Shown: in pieces, positions 8,384 to 15,708 of the stretch
Numbering within the stretch: position 1 is the stretch's first letter
Layout of the letters: each line of letters begins with the position of its first letter
Source: Alphaproteobacteria bacterium
GTDB lineage: Bacteria > Pseudomonadota > Alphaproteobacteria > Rhizobiales > Hyphomicrobiaceae
Length of the DNA stretch: 24,681 nucleotides
NCBI GenBank assembly: GCA_024279745.1
Contig: JAJRRE010000099.1
Span: forward strand, 1-24,681
Direction of reading: 5' to 3'
Made by a program: the position numbers and the translations under genes
Notes under the pieces: model-generated
The model's database searches: none
Told to the model about the DNA's origin: nothing
What the model saw: only the letters and a program-made list of their open reading frames with translations

Positions 8384-8851
8384 TTAAGGTAGATAGGGCA
8401 GCAAATAAATGAACCAGTAGTTGAAGGTAATCGCCCCAAGTACAATGAGAGCCGACACCCACAGCGTACTTTTCACCAGTGCGTTTGGCAGGGGCCGCGC
8501 GCAGGCTTGTCCGTCGGCGCAGCTTTCATTGGCGAGACGAGAGGTAAAGAAAAAGCCCGCGCCAATGAACCCAACAGCCACCAAAACGAAAAGCGGTTGA
8601 TAAGGTGCCAAAGCACGTAGATTGGCAATCCAGGCGCCGCCGACACCCATAACTGAAAGGCCGAGTGGCAAAATACAGCATGAGGTCGCACCAATCGCTC
8701 CGGCGATGCCGCCTGCTGCAAGCAAACCGGTTCGCGGCGCTCCATTACTGGCTTGCAAGTCACTGGTTTGCAACCCACTGACTTGCATTGGGCCATCAGG
8801 CCTTTGCATGGCGTGAGCCGAGCCGGAAATTTCATCTTCAGACATCTTCAT
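8384..8851 (-). CDS. merT: Mercury transporter MerT
   Basis: 'AIGATSCCILPL', 'GGAWIANLRALAPYQPLF', loop Cys pair 'CADGQACARP'. Start uncertain (8851, 8845, 8809 or 8788). Confidence 0.93.
   Translation of the reverse strand: MKMSEDEISGSAHAMQRPDGPMQVSGLQTSDLQASNGAPRTGLLAAGGIAGAIGATSCCILPLGLSVMGVGGAWIANLRALAPYQPLFVLVAVGFIGAGFFFTSRLANESCADGQACARPLPNALVKSTLWVSALIVLGAITFNYWFIYLLPYLP
8747..8791. repeat. Degenerate 15-bp x3 tandem repeat in the merT 5' extension
   Basis: ACTGGCTTGCAAGTC / ACTGGTTTGCAACCC / ACTGACTTGCATTGG, encoding PMQVS-GLQTS-DLQAS on the minus strand. Confidence 0.75.
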
Positions 8852-8904
8852 ATCTCGATTGTAGTGTTGAACGATACGGCGTAAAATCGCGGAGCCTCCT
8901 TGAT

Positions 8905-8933
8905 TTGCGCCAAAGACTTCCCCACGCTACAAT
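8905..8933 (+). promoter_or_regulatory. Probable divergent merR promoter
   Basis: TTGCGC (8905-8910), 17 nt, TACAAT (8928-8933). Its -10 overlaps the -10 of the merT promoter and abuts the operator, as in Tn21/Tn501. Confidence 0.65.
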
Positions 8934-8954
8934 CTGTAGGAGCTACAGATTCAA
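8924..8954 (-). promoter_or_regulatory. MerR-activated promoter of merTPFA with operator dyad
   Basis: Minus strand TTGAAT (8954-8949), 19-nt spacer, TAGCGT (8929-8924). Perfect 9-bp dyad AATCTGTAG-gag-CTACAGATT at 8931-8951. The 19-bp spacer with a dyad is the established MerR-family architecture. Confidence 0.92.
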
Positions 8955-8995
8955 GTATTATTTTTCGGATGTTGAATCGGCCCAAAGGACTGGCA

Positions 8996-9406
8996 ATGGC
9001 GAAACCCATAACAATCGGCAGGCTGTCGCAGCGCACCGGCGTGCATATTGAAACCATCCGCTATTATGAAAAAATCGGCCTGCTTACCGATCCTCCGCGC
9101 AGCGCCGGTGGTCATCGGCAATATGATCTGGACAGTTTTAAGCGGTTGAACTTCGTCAGCCGCTGCCGCCGCCTGGGCTTTTCACTGGCGGAAATTGCCA
9201 ATCTACTGTCGCTGGTCGCAGATGGAGATTATAGCTGCCGCGACATTCAGCGCATAACACTTGCCCACAAAGCGTCGATACGCACCAAGATTAATGATTT
9301 GCGCCGGCTGGAAGCCTCATTGACACAGATTTCAAAAGATTGTGAAGGCGGCAACGCGGCCGACTGCCCTATAGTCGACGCCTTATTTGACCAAAATGCC
9401 CCATAA
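8996..9406 (+). CDS. merR: Hg(II)-responsive MerR-family regulator
   Basis: 136 aa. 'IGRLSQRTGVHIETIRYYEKIGLL' HTH, 'RRLGFSLAEI', Cys81/Cys116/Cys124 corresponding to Tn501 Cys82/117/126. Divergent from merT. Confidence 0.9.
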   Translation: MAKPITIGRLSQRTGVHIETIRYYEKIGLLTDPPRSAGGHRQYDLDSFKRLNFVSRCRRLGFSLAEIANLLSLVADGDYSCRDIQRITLAHKASIRTKINDLRRLEASLTQISKDCEGGNAADCPIVDALFDQNAP

Positions 9407-9550
9407 ATCGTACATAAACCGTACATTTTTCAAGCTTTGGGGCGGCCAAATAGACAGCTAGTCCCCTAAGCTGCCAGCGTCCCGGTCTATAACGTTTCCA
9501 TAACTTCGCAGCCCCGGCGCTTGTATGCCCGGCGCTAGCGTATAGATTGC

Positions 9551-9601
9551 AAGGTGAAGCCTCAGCAAAGGTGAAACCTCAGCAAAGGTGAAACGCCAGC
9601 A
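9551..9601. repeat. 17-bp x3 tandem repeat in the msrA upstream region
   Basis: AAGGTGAAGCCTCAGCA / AAGGTGAAACCTCAGCA / AAGGTGAAACGCCAGCA. Confidence 0.93.
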
Positions 9602-9630
9602 GCAGCTCAATCTATTAAGGAATGCGCATT

Positions 9631-10302
9631 ATGAAAAAAACTATAAGCGCCGCCATATTATCCGTCGCGGTCTTAGCCGGTGCGGCACTTGTCGGCACGA
9701 CGATATCCGCCAATGCGGCAGGCTCCGGCAGCGCGACAAGCGGTGAACAGGCGGCAATGACCAAAGGCGACGCCGTTGCGATTTTTGCCGGCGGCTGCTT
9801 TTGGTGCATGGAGCAAGCCATGGAGCTCGTACCCGGCGTTAAAAACGCGATCTCAGGTTATATCGGCGGCACAACAAAAAACCCCACCTATCGCCAGGTT
9901 TCCGCCGGCACCACCGGCCATACCGAAGCAGTGAAAGTGATCTATGATCCGGCCAAAGTAAACTATCAGACGTTGCTTACAGCGTTTTGGAAGAACATCG
10001 ATCCATTGGTTGCTGACCGGCAGTTCTGCGACGGCGGTTCACAATATCGCGCCGGGATCTTCTACCTCGACGACAATCAGAAAAAACTGGCGTCTGCATC
10101 AAAAGCCAAGTTGATTGCGGCAAAAGTGTTCAAAACGCCTATCGTTACGGAAGTTACCAAGGCCAGCACTTTTTATCCCGCGGAAGACTATCATCAAGGC
10201 TATTATCAGAAAAACCCGATCCGCTATAAGTACTACAAATATGCTTGTGGGCGTAAGCAACGCCTGAAACAGCTGTGGGGCGGCTATAAGAAGTCTTCTT
10301 AA
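9631..10302 (+). CDS. msrA: Peptide-methionine (S)-S-oxide reductase with N-terminal export signal
   Basis: 'AIFAGGCFWCME', 'GHTEAVKV.YDP', 'FYPAEDYHQGYYQKNP', 'YKYACGR'. 'MKKTISAAILSVAVLAGAALVG..ANAA' is signal-peptide-like. TAAGGA RBS at 9616-9621 favours ATG 9631. Confidence 0.95.
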   Translation: MKKTISAAILSVAVLAGAALVGTTISANAAGSGSATSGEQAAMTKGDAVAIFAGGCFWCMEQAMELVPGVKNAISGYIGGTTKNPTYRQVSAGTTGHTEAVKVIYDPAKVNYQTLLTAFWKNIDPLVADRQFCDGGSQYRAGIFYLDDNQKKLASASKAKLIAAKVFKTPIVTEVTKASTFYPAEDYHQGYYQKNPIRYKYYKYACGRKQRLKQLWGGYKKSS

Positions 10303-10342
10303 CGAGCCAGATCGTCTTCTGTCAGGTTTAGCGATGAAATTC

Positions 10343-10389
10343 AAACGGGCCGGTAAAGGGAGATCTCTTTGCCGGCCCGTTTTCGTTTT
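10343..10389 (+). terminator. Intrinsic terminator downstream of msrA
   Basis: AAACGGGCCGGTAAAG (10343-10358) pairs with CTTTGCCGGCCCGTTT (10367-10382) with one G:U, followed by TCGTTTT. Confidence 0.75.
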
Positions 10390-10476
10390 GGCTACTGGTC
10401 CAAATGCGCGAAATGGGTTAGGCTTGGCCAACGATCCTTCCCCCCGTTATTCAAGATTTTTCAGGAGCCCCCGATT

Positions 10477-10902
10477 ATGAGCGATAAGAAAGACGGCACA
10501 TCTCACTGGGATGAGGCCCAGCATGGCACATTTCACTGGAACGAATTGATGACTGGCGACGTCGATAAGGCGAAGGCGTTCTTTACCGAAGTCATCGGCT
10601 GGAGTTTTGAAGGCATGCCGATGGAACCCGACGGCGGCACCTATTGGCTCGCCATGCAAAATGGCAACCCCGTTGCCGGCATGATGGACATGACCGGCAT
10701 AGTTCCCGACGGTGTGCCGCCCCATTGGATGGGCTATCTTGCCGTCGACGATGTTGATGCGCGGGTGAAAAAAGTTACCGATAGCGGCGGCACAATCATC
10801 AAGGAAGCCTTTGAAGTGCCGGGCGTCGGCAAGATTGCCATAGTCACAGACGCCACTGGCGCTGCCCTCGGTCTGATCACACCTGCCGGCAAGGCAGCCT
10901 AA
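10477..10902 (+). CDS. VOC (glyoxalase/bleomycin-resistance) family protein
   Basis: CAGGAG RBS. 'GTFHWNELMTGDVDKAKAFFTEVIGW', 'PHWMGYLAVDDVDARV', 'PGVGKIAIVTDATGAALGL'. Confidence 0.92.
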   Translation: MSDKKDGTSHWDEAQHGTFHWNELMTGDVDKAKAFFTEVIGWSFEGMPMEPDGGTYWLAMQNGNPVAGMMDMTGIVPDGVPPHWMGYLAVDDVDARVKKVTDSGGTIIKEAFEVPGVGKIAIVTDATGAALGLITPAGKAA

Positions 10903-11089
10903 AGACACGGGCTGAAAGGGCAGATGACAGTTAGTGCTGTGCGCTTTTCGGCTCCCGCTTGGGCTTTGGGATTCGTTTGTGCCTTGGCCCGCTAGCGGCC
11001 TGTCAGCAGGCCTGTCAGGTTGTGCATTTGGTCGCTAGATTGCCCGCCCCGTAAGGGATTAAATTGACCGACCTGTAAAGGTCACAGGA

Positions 11090-11103
11090 TTGATTGCGAT
11101 CAA
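11090..11103. promoter_or_regulatory. Perfect FNR/FixK/FnrL-type box
   Basis: TTGAT-tgcg-ATCAA, extended dyad aTTGATtgcgATCAAt, about 135 nt upstream of the multicopper oxidase start. Confidence 0.72.
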
Positions 11104-11237
11104 TGTGCCGCGCAGCGATCTATGGTCGTCTTCCAGTCAAACTTTGACCGAGTGCTTTTTTGAAGGGTGCAAAGCCAGATGTTTGCGCCCTCCCTCTATT
11201 TCCTTTGTCTATTAGAGTAATGAAAGTTGGCCCGCCA

Positions 11238-12782
11238 ATGATCACGCGCAGAAATTTCAACAAAGGTGCCGTTGCAGGCGCCGCAGCCATTGCTGCTGCA
11301 CCATTGCTTGACACCTATATGAGCACGCAAGCATTGGCGCAAAACGCGCCCGCCCCCTCGCGTCCGCTGAACATTCCGCCATTATATGCTGGCAAAATAA
11401 GCGGCGGTGTGCGCGTCTTTGATCTCAACATGCGCCGCGGCAATACCGAGTTTTTCCCCGGTGTTAAAACGCCGACGCTTGGCATCAATGCAGATTTTCT
11501 CGGCCCTGTCCTTCATATGAGCGCCGGCGAGCAAGTGCGCTTCAACGTCAAAAACTCGCTTGGCGAACCGACGACATTGCATTGGCACGGGTTTCATCTG
11601 CCCGCCAAGCATGACGGCGGACCGCATCAAGAGATCGCACCGGGACAAACCTGGTCGCCGCAATTTGAAATCAAACAACACGCCGCCAGTTTCTGGTATC
11701 ACTCGCATATGTTGCACCAGACCGCCGCCCAGGTCTGGCGCGGTCTTGCCGGTATGATGATTGTTGATGATGCGCACGCCCGCGCCTTGTCTTTGCCCGC
11801 GACCTACGGCGTTGACGATATCCCCCTGGTGCTACAGGACCGTTCATTCAATCGCGACGGCTCGCTCTCCTACAGCACCGACATGCACAACACCATGATG
11901 GGCAATCTGGGCGCCCTGCTAATGGTCAACGGCTCGATCAATGCAACTTTCGCGGCCAAAACCAAACTCGTACGCTTTCGTGTCCTCAACGCTTCCAATG
12001 CGCGGTTCTGGACAATCGGCTTCAGCGACGAGCGCCCCTTCCATCAGATCGCGACCGACGGCGCTTTGCTGGAGCGCCCGGTACGCCTGACCCGGTTATC
12101 GCTTGGACCAGGGGAGCGCGGCGAGATCATTGTCGATCTTGGGGATCGCAAGCCGGTTTTCCTGCGCAATTTCCCCTTGCCCGATGGCGGCGGTATGATG
12201 GGCGGCGGCGGCATGATGGGGCGGATGATGCGGCGACGCGGCGGCGGTATGAGTGCCGGCGAAGGGGCTGACTTTCTGCAAATTATTCCGGCCAGCGCGC
12301 AAGCCCCGGCCAGCACAAGCGCGGCAACCCTGCCGAACAAGTTATTGTCTTTACCGCGACTGAACCCGGCAGATGCGGCACGCACCAGACGGTTCGTTCT
12401 GGACATGCGCATGGGGCCGATGGTGATGATGGGGATTTCCAATCCGGTTTCGATCAACGGTAAAGTCATGAAACTCAACCGCATCGACGAGGTCATTAAA
12501 CTGGGCGACACGGAGATCTGGGAAATCAGCAATCGCTCGCCGATGCCGCATCCGTTTCATATTCACGACATCCAGTTTCATATTCTCGACCGCGATGGCC
12601 GCCCACCTGCCGCCAATGAGCGCGGCCTGAAAGATACCGTTGTCGTCAATCGCGGCGAGACCGTGCGCGTCATCACGAAATTTGAAGACTATGCCGACGC
12701 GCAAACGCCCTATATGTATCATTGCCATATCCTGGAGCATGAAGACGCCGGTATGATGGGCCAGTTTACGGTCGTTGCTTAG
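11238..12782 (+). CDS. Tat-exported three-domain multicopper oxidase (CueO-like)
   Basis: 'MITRRNFNKG' twin-arginine signal. Copper motifs 'LHWHG', 'FWYHSH', 'HPFHIH', 'YHCHILEHEDAGMM' give a complete T1/T2/T3 ligand set. Met-rich inserts. Alternative start at 11220. Confidence 0.93.
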   Translation: MITRRNFNKGAVAGAAAIAAAPLLDTYMSTQALAQNAPAPSRPLNIPPLYAGKISGGVRVFDLNMRRGNTEFFPGVKTPTLGINADFLGPVLHMSAGEQVRFNVKNSLGEPTTLHWHGFHLPAKHDGGPHQEIAPGQTWSPQFEIKQHAASFWYHSHMLHQTAAQVWRGLAGMMIVDDAHARALSLPATYGVDDIPLVLQDRSFNRDGSLSYSTDMHNTMMGNLGALLMVNGSINATFAAKTKLVRFRVLNASNARFWTIGFSDERPFHQIATDGALLERPVRLTRLSLGPGERGEIIVDLGDRKPVFLRNFPLPDGGGMMGGGGMMGRMMRRRGGGMSAGEGADFLQIIPASAQAPASTSAATLPNKLLSLPRLNPADAARTRRFVLDMRMGPMVMMGISNPVSINGKVMKLNRIDEVIKLGDTEIWEISNRSPMPHPFHIHDIQFHILDRDGRPPAANERGLKDTVVVNRGETVRVITKFEDYADAQTPYMYHCHILEHEDAGMMGQFTVVA

Positions 12783-12865
12783 CAAAGCGTGGCGCTGAAA
12801 CTGCAGGCGAATGGGTGTGAGAGACTACATAAGTCCGCACTCAACTCAGACCGCTTGCCGTTGCG

Positions 12866-14179
12866 TCACTCGATCTTAAATCTGAACTCCAGCGGCGTGT
12901 CGGTTGGATGGGACGGCGGCGCGAGAAGTGCTTTGATCGGTACCAGAATGCGGCGCTCGGGGGCGACATGCAAGCTGCGTTGCCAGACAAGATCGCTCCC
13001 CCGATGGATTGTTAAAACGCCTTTACCGCGCAGCTCAAACCGCAACTGCACATGCTTCATACCTTCACGCTTCGTGCCTTCAGGCGGGGCGGTCAGATTG
13101 AGCTTTTGCGGCATCAAATATTTTATGCCTGGATCGCTCGACGTCAATTGTGTGGCCCGTGCGTGATCGGCCAGATCACCAGCCAGATCGCCGGCCACCC
13201 AGCCGCCGCAGCGCCGTCCTTCCTGAAAGGACCAACCGGCGGTTTCCACCGGCCGCAAGAGATTGCCGGCGGCGAAATAAACCGGGTCCGAGCAGCGCCC
13301 ATATTGATCAACGACAGGACCGCCTGTCCCGCGATCAATCGCCAGATGGCCCATGCGCGCAAGACTGGCCTCGGGCGTAAATCCCCCCGTCAGCACAACG
13401 CCGTCGCACTCAATGAGCCGCCGACCATGGCCGGGCGTTTCCACCTCGACCGCCTGCACGCGCCGCGTCCCCTTAATCGACACCAGCCTGGTGTTGAGAT
13501 AGAGCGGCAGACCGACCAGCCTTGGAAAAATCGATGACGGCCAGCGGGCTGTGACGTGGGCGCCCGCCTCAATCATCGCAACCGGCGTGATGCCCGCATG
13601 GCGGCAGGTCATAATTGCGGAAAAAGAAACCAGCTCGGTGCCGACGATGACCGGGCGCTTAAATGGTTTGCGGTTTTGCAGGTAGACCAGTGATTGCAGC
13701 GCCCCTGTGTTCAAAGCACCAAGGACCCGCGCGCCGGAAATCAACCGCGCAGAGCGGGGCGTCTCGCGCACGCCGGTCGCCACGATCACGCGGCGGGCTT
13801 GCAGCAATTCGGAGCCTTGCTGCGATGTGATCAGCAGTTCGCCGCCGGGCCGCAGCTCAACCACTGTTACAGCTGTGCGAATCGTGACCCCGGCGCCGCG
13901 TGCCGCGCGTACCAGCCGCCGGGCATAGGAGGGTCCGGTCAAAACGCGGGCAAATTCGCGAACACCAAAGGGCGGATGACCGCAATGGCGCGGGATACCG
14001 CCAGCTTCGTTCTCGCGCTCCAGAACCACAATATTTGAAATGCCGCGGCGTTTGAGTTCCAGTGCGGCGGCTAACCCCGAGGGGCCGCCGCCAATGATCG
14101 CAACCTCCACCGCGCTTTGCGGCATGTCGGTATTGGCCTGCGCGCTTGCCTCTTGAGGCCAGGATTTAGCGTCACTCAT
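12866..14179 (-). CDS. NAD(P)/FAD-dependent oxidoreductase (Pyr_redox-type partner subunit)
   Basis: 'VAIIGGGPSGLAAA', 'ERENEAGGIPRHCGHPPFG', 'IVATGVRE', 'YFAAGNLLRPVE'. ATGA overlap with the upstream gene at 14176-14179. Confidence 0.88.
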   Translation of the reverse strand: MSDAKSWPQEASAQANTDMPQSAVEVAIIGGGPSGLAAALELKRRGISNIVVLERENEAGGIPRHCGHPPFGVREFARVLTGPSYARRLVRAARGAGVTIRTAVTVVELRPGGELLITSQQGSELLQARRVIVATGVRETPRSARLISGARVLGALNTGALQSLVYLQNRKPFKRPVIVGTELVSFSAIMTCRHAGITPVAMIEAGAHVTARWPSSIFPRLVGLPLYLNTRLVSIKGTRRVQAVEVETPGHGRRLIECDGVVLTGGFTPEASLARMGHLAIDRGTGGPVVDQYGRCSDPVYFAAGNLLRPVETAGWSFQEGRRCGGWVAGDLAGDLADHARATQLTSSDPGIKYLMPQKLNLTAPPEGTKREGMKHVQLRFELRGKGVLTIHRGSDLVWQRSLHVAPERRILVPIKALLAPPSHPTDTPLEFRFKIE

Positions 14180-15708
14180 TGCCCCTTATCCTTTGCACTC
14201 TGTTGCGCTCCGGGCGCCAGCGGCACATCAAAATGACCGTCGGTCAGTTCCGCCAGGCGCGCCGAACAATAAAAGCCCTGGCAGCGCCCCATCGTCGCCC
14301 TGGTCTGGCGCTTAAGCCCCGCCAATGAGCGCGCCGCCAATGGCCCCTTCAGCGCGGCTTTGATTTCCCGCTCGCTGACCAGTTCGCAATGGCAGACAAT
14401 GGAGCCATGACCGGCACACCGCCAATCGCGTGTTGTACTTTCAGCCAGCCTGGCAACTGGCGGTACTTGCGGATCACGCAGCGCTAAATGCTTACACTTT
14501 TGGTCTTGTGTGTTGGTTCGTGTGTTGGTTTGGATATTGATTTGAGGCTTGGGTTGCGTGGCGCTATCTTTACCGTCCTTCCGCCCACCACCCTCAACTT
14601 CCGCCTGATCGCAATAGAGCTCGAACACATGGCGCGCGATGCCCAAAGCACTGCTCAGCCCGGTTGAGCGAATGCCGCCAACAGTGATCCAGTTTCGCTG
14701 CTGCTGCGCGGCAATCTGATAGTCTTTAAATTGGGTGGCGGGCCGTAATCCGGCATATACAGCCGTGATCGGGATCGTCTCCAACGCCGGTACTTTAGCA
14801 ATGCCTGCAGCAATCAAAGTGCGCAATGCTGCCTGATCAGTGGCCGTATCCGCGCGCGCCTCCTGGTCTTCGGCAGTCGGCCCAACCGCCAGATTGCCGA
14901 ACACGGTGCGAAATACGACAACGCCTTTGGTGCGCCTGGTCGGAACCGGCAAAATGATCGAATTGATCAAGCTTGCAGCCGCCTTGTCAAACACAACGAA
15001 TTGGCCTTTGCGCGGTTTGATTTCAAAACTCGCCGTGCCCAACACTGCCTTGTCAATCAGATCGCCATAAAGTCCGGCGCAATTGATCACCTGGGCGCAG
15101 TGCACCGCGCCGTGCGATGTTGCAAGTTCCCACATACCGGCGCTGAAGCTTACGCCCGTCACCTCGCAGTCCAGATAAACTTCGCCGCCATTGAGCAAAG
15201 ACTGGCGCAAATAAGCATAGGGCGCCGACCAGGGATCAATAATCGCTTCACCGGGAACAGTGATGGCGGCGCGGGCGCTCTCAGCCAGGCCCGGTTCGCA
15301 GCGGCGCAACTGCTGCGCAGAAATCAAACTCACGTCCTCAACGTTATTTGCATGGGCCTGCGCGACGATGCCGTCCAGCGCCGCCTCGTCTTCATCGCTC
15401 CACGCCACCACATGGGCACCGGACTTTTCAAGCGGCAGACCGAACTGCTTGTGAATATCGATATATTCCCGGTAGCCTCCTTGAATACATGACAGCTCCA
15501 GCGACCCGGTGGGCGCATCAAACCCCGTATGCAAAATGGCGCTGTTGGCCTTGCTGGCACCGTCCAGAATGTCGCTTGCTTTCTCGATCACCACGACTTT
15601 GGCGCCTTCCAGCGTGAACCGCCGCGCCATCGCACAACCGACAATACCCGCGCCTATAATAGCAATGTCAAAAGGGGTGCCCGATCGGCTGGCTGGTATA
15701 TTTTCCAT
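14176..15708 (-). CDS. FAD-dependent oxidoreductase (GlpA/LhgO-like DAO family) with C-terminal BFD-like [2Fe-2S] domain
   Basis: 'DIAIIGAGIVGCAMA', 'GASKANSAILHTG', 'PRKGQF', 'AGLRPA', 'GIRSTGLSSA'. C-terminal 'VCHCELV...RATMGRCQGFYC'. Confidence 0.9.
   Translation of the reverse strand: MENIPASRSGTPFDIAIIGAGIVGCAMARRFTLEGAKVVVIEKASDILDGASKANSAILHTGFDAPTGSLELSCIQGGYREYIDIHKQFGLPLEKSGAHVVAWSDEDEAALDGIVAQAHANNVEDVSLISAQQLRRCEPGLAESARAAITVPGEAIIDPWSAPYAYLRQSLLNGGEVYLDCEVTGVSFSAGMWELATSHGAVHCAQVINCAGLYGDLIDKAVLGTASFEIKPRKGQFVVFDKAAASLINSIILPVPTRRTKGVVVFRTVFGNLAVGPTAEDQEARADTATDQAALRTLIAAGIAKVPALETIPITAVYAGLRPATQFKDYQIAAQQQRNWITVGGIRSTGLSSALGIARHVFELYCDQAEVEGGGRKDGKDSATQPKPQINIQTNTRTNTQDQKCKHLALRDPQVPPVARLAESTTRDWRCAGHGSIVCHCELVSEREIKAALKGPLAARSLAGLKRQTRATMGRCQGFYCSARLAELTDGHFDVPLAPGAQQSAKDKGQ

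Noticed and set aside
8891-8901. Strong SD-like AAGGAGG on the minus strand in the merT leader
   Set aside because: No ATG/GTG/TTG at a usable distance downstream, so I cannot support a leader peptide.
8900-8995. N-terminal extension of MerR (168-aa ORF)
   Set aside because: It would run through the promoter/operator. The HTH begins right after ATG 8996.
9419-9426. CCGTACAT after merR, resembling half of the Tn21 mer operator
   Set aside because: No symmetric partner or promoter context. It is explained by the 11-bp tandem duplication at 9402-9423.
9551-9601. Possible mini-CRISPR array
   Set aside because: Units are contiguous with no spacers, only 17 bp long, and no cas genes are present.
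11064-11095. CueR/MerR-type copper promoter for the multicopper oxidase
   Set aside because: TTGACC is present, but there is no ACCTTCC-N7-GGAAGGT dyad and no convincing -10 at 19-20 bp. Kept only as an unexplained dyad.
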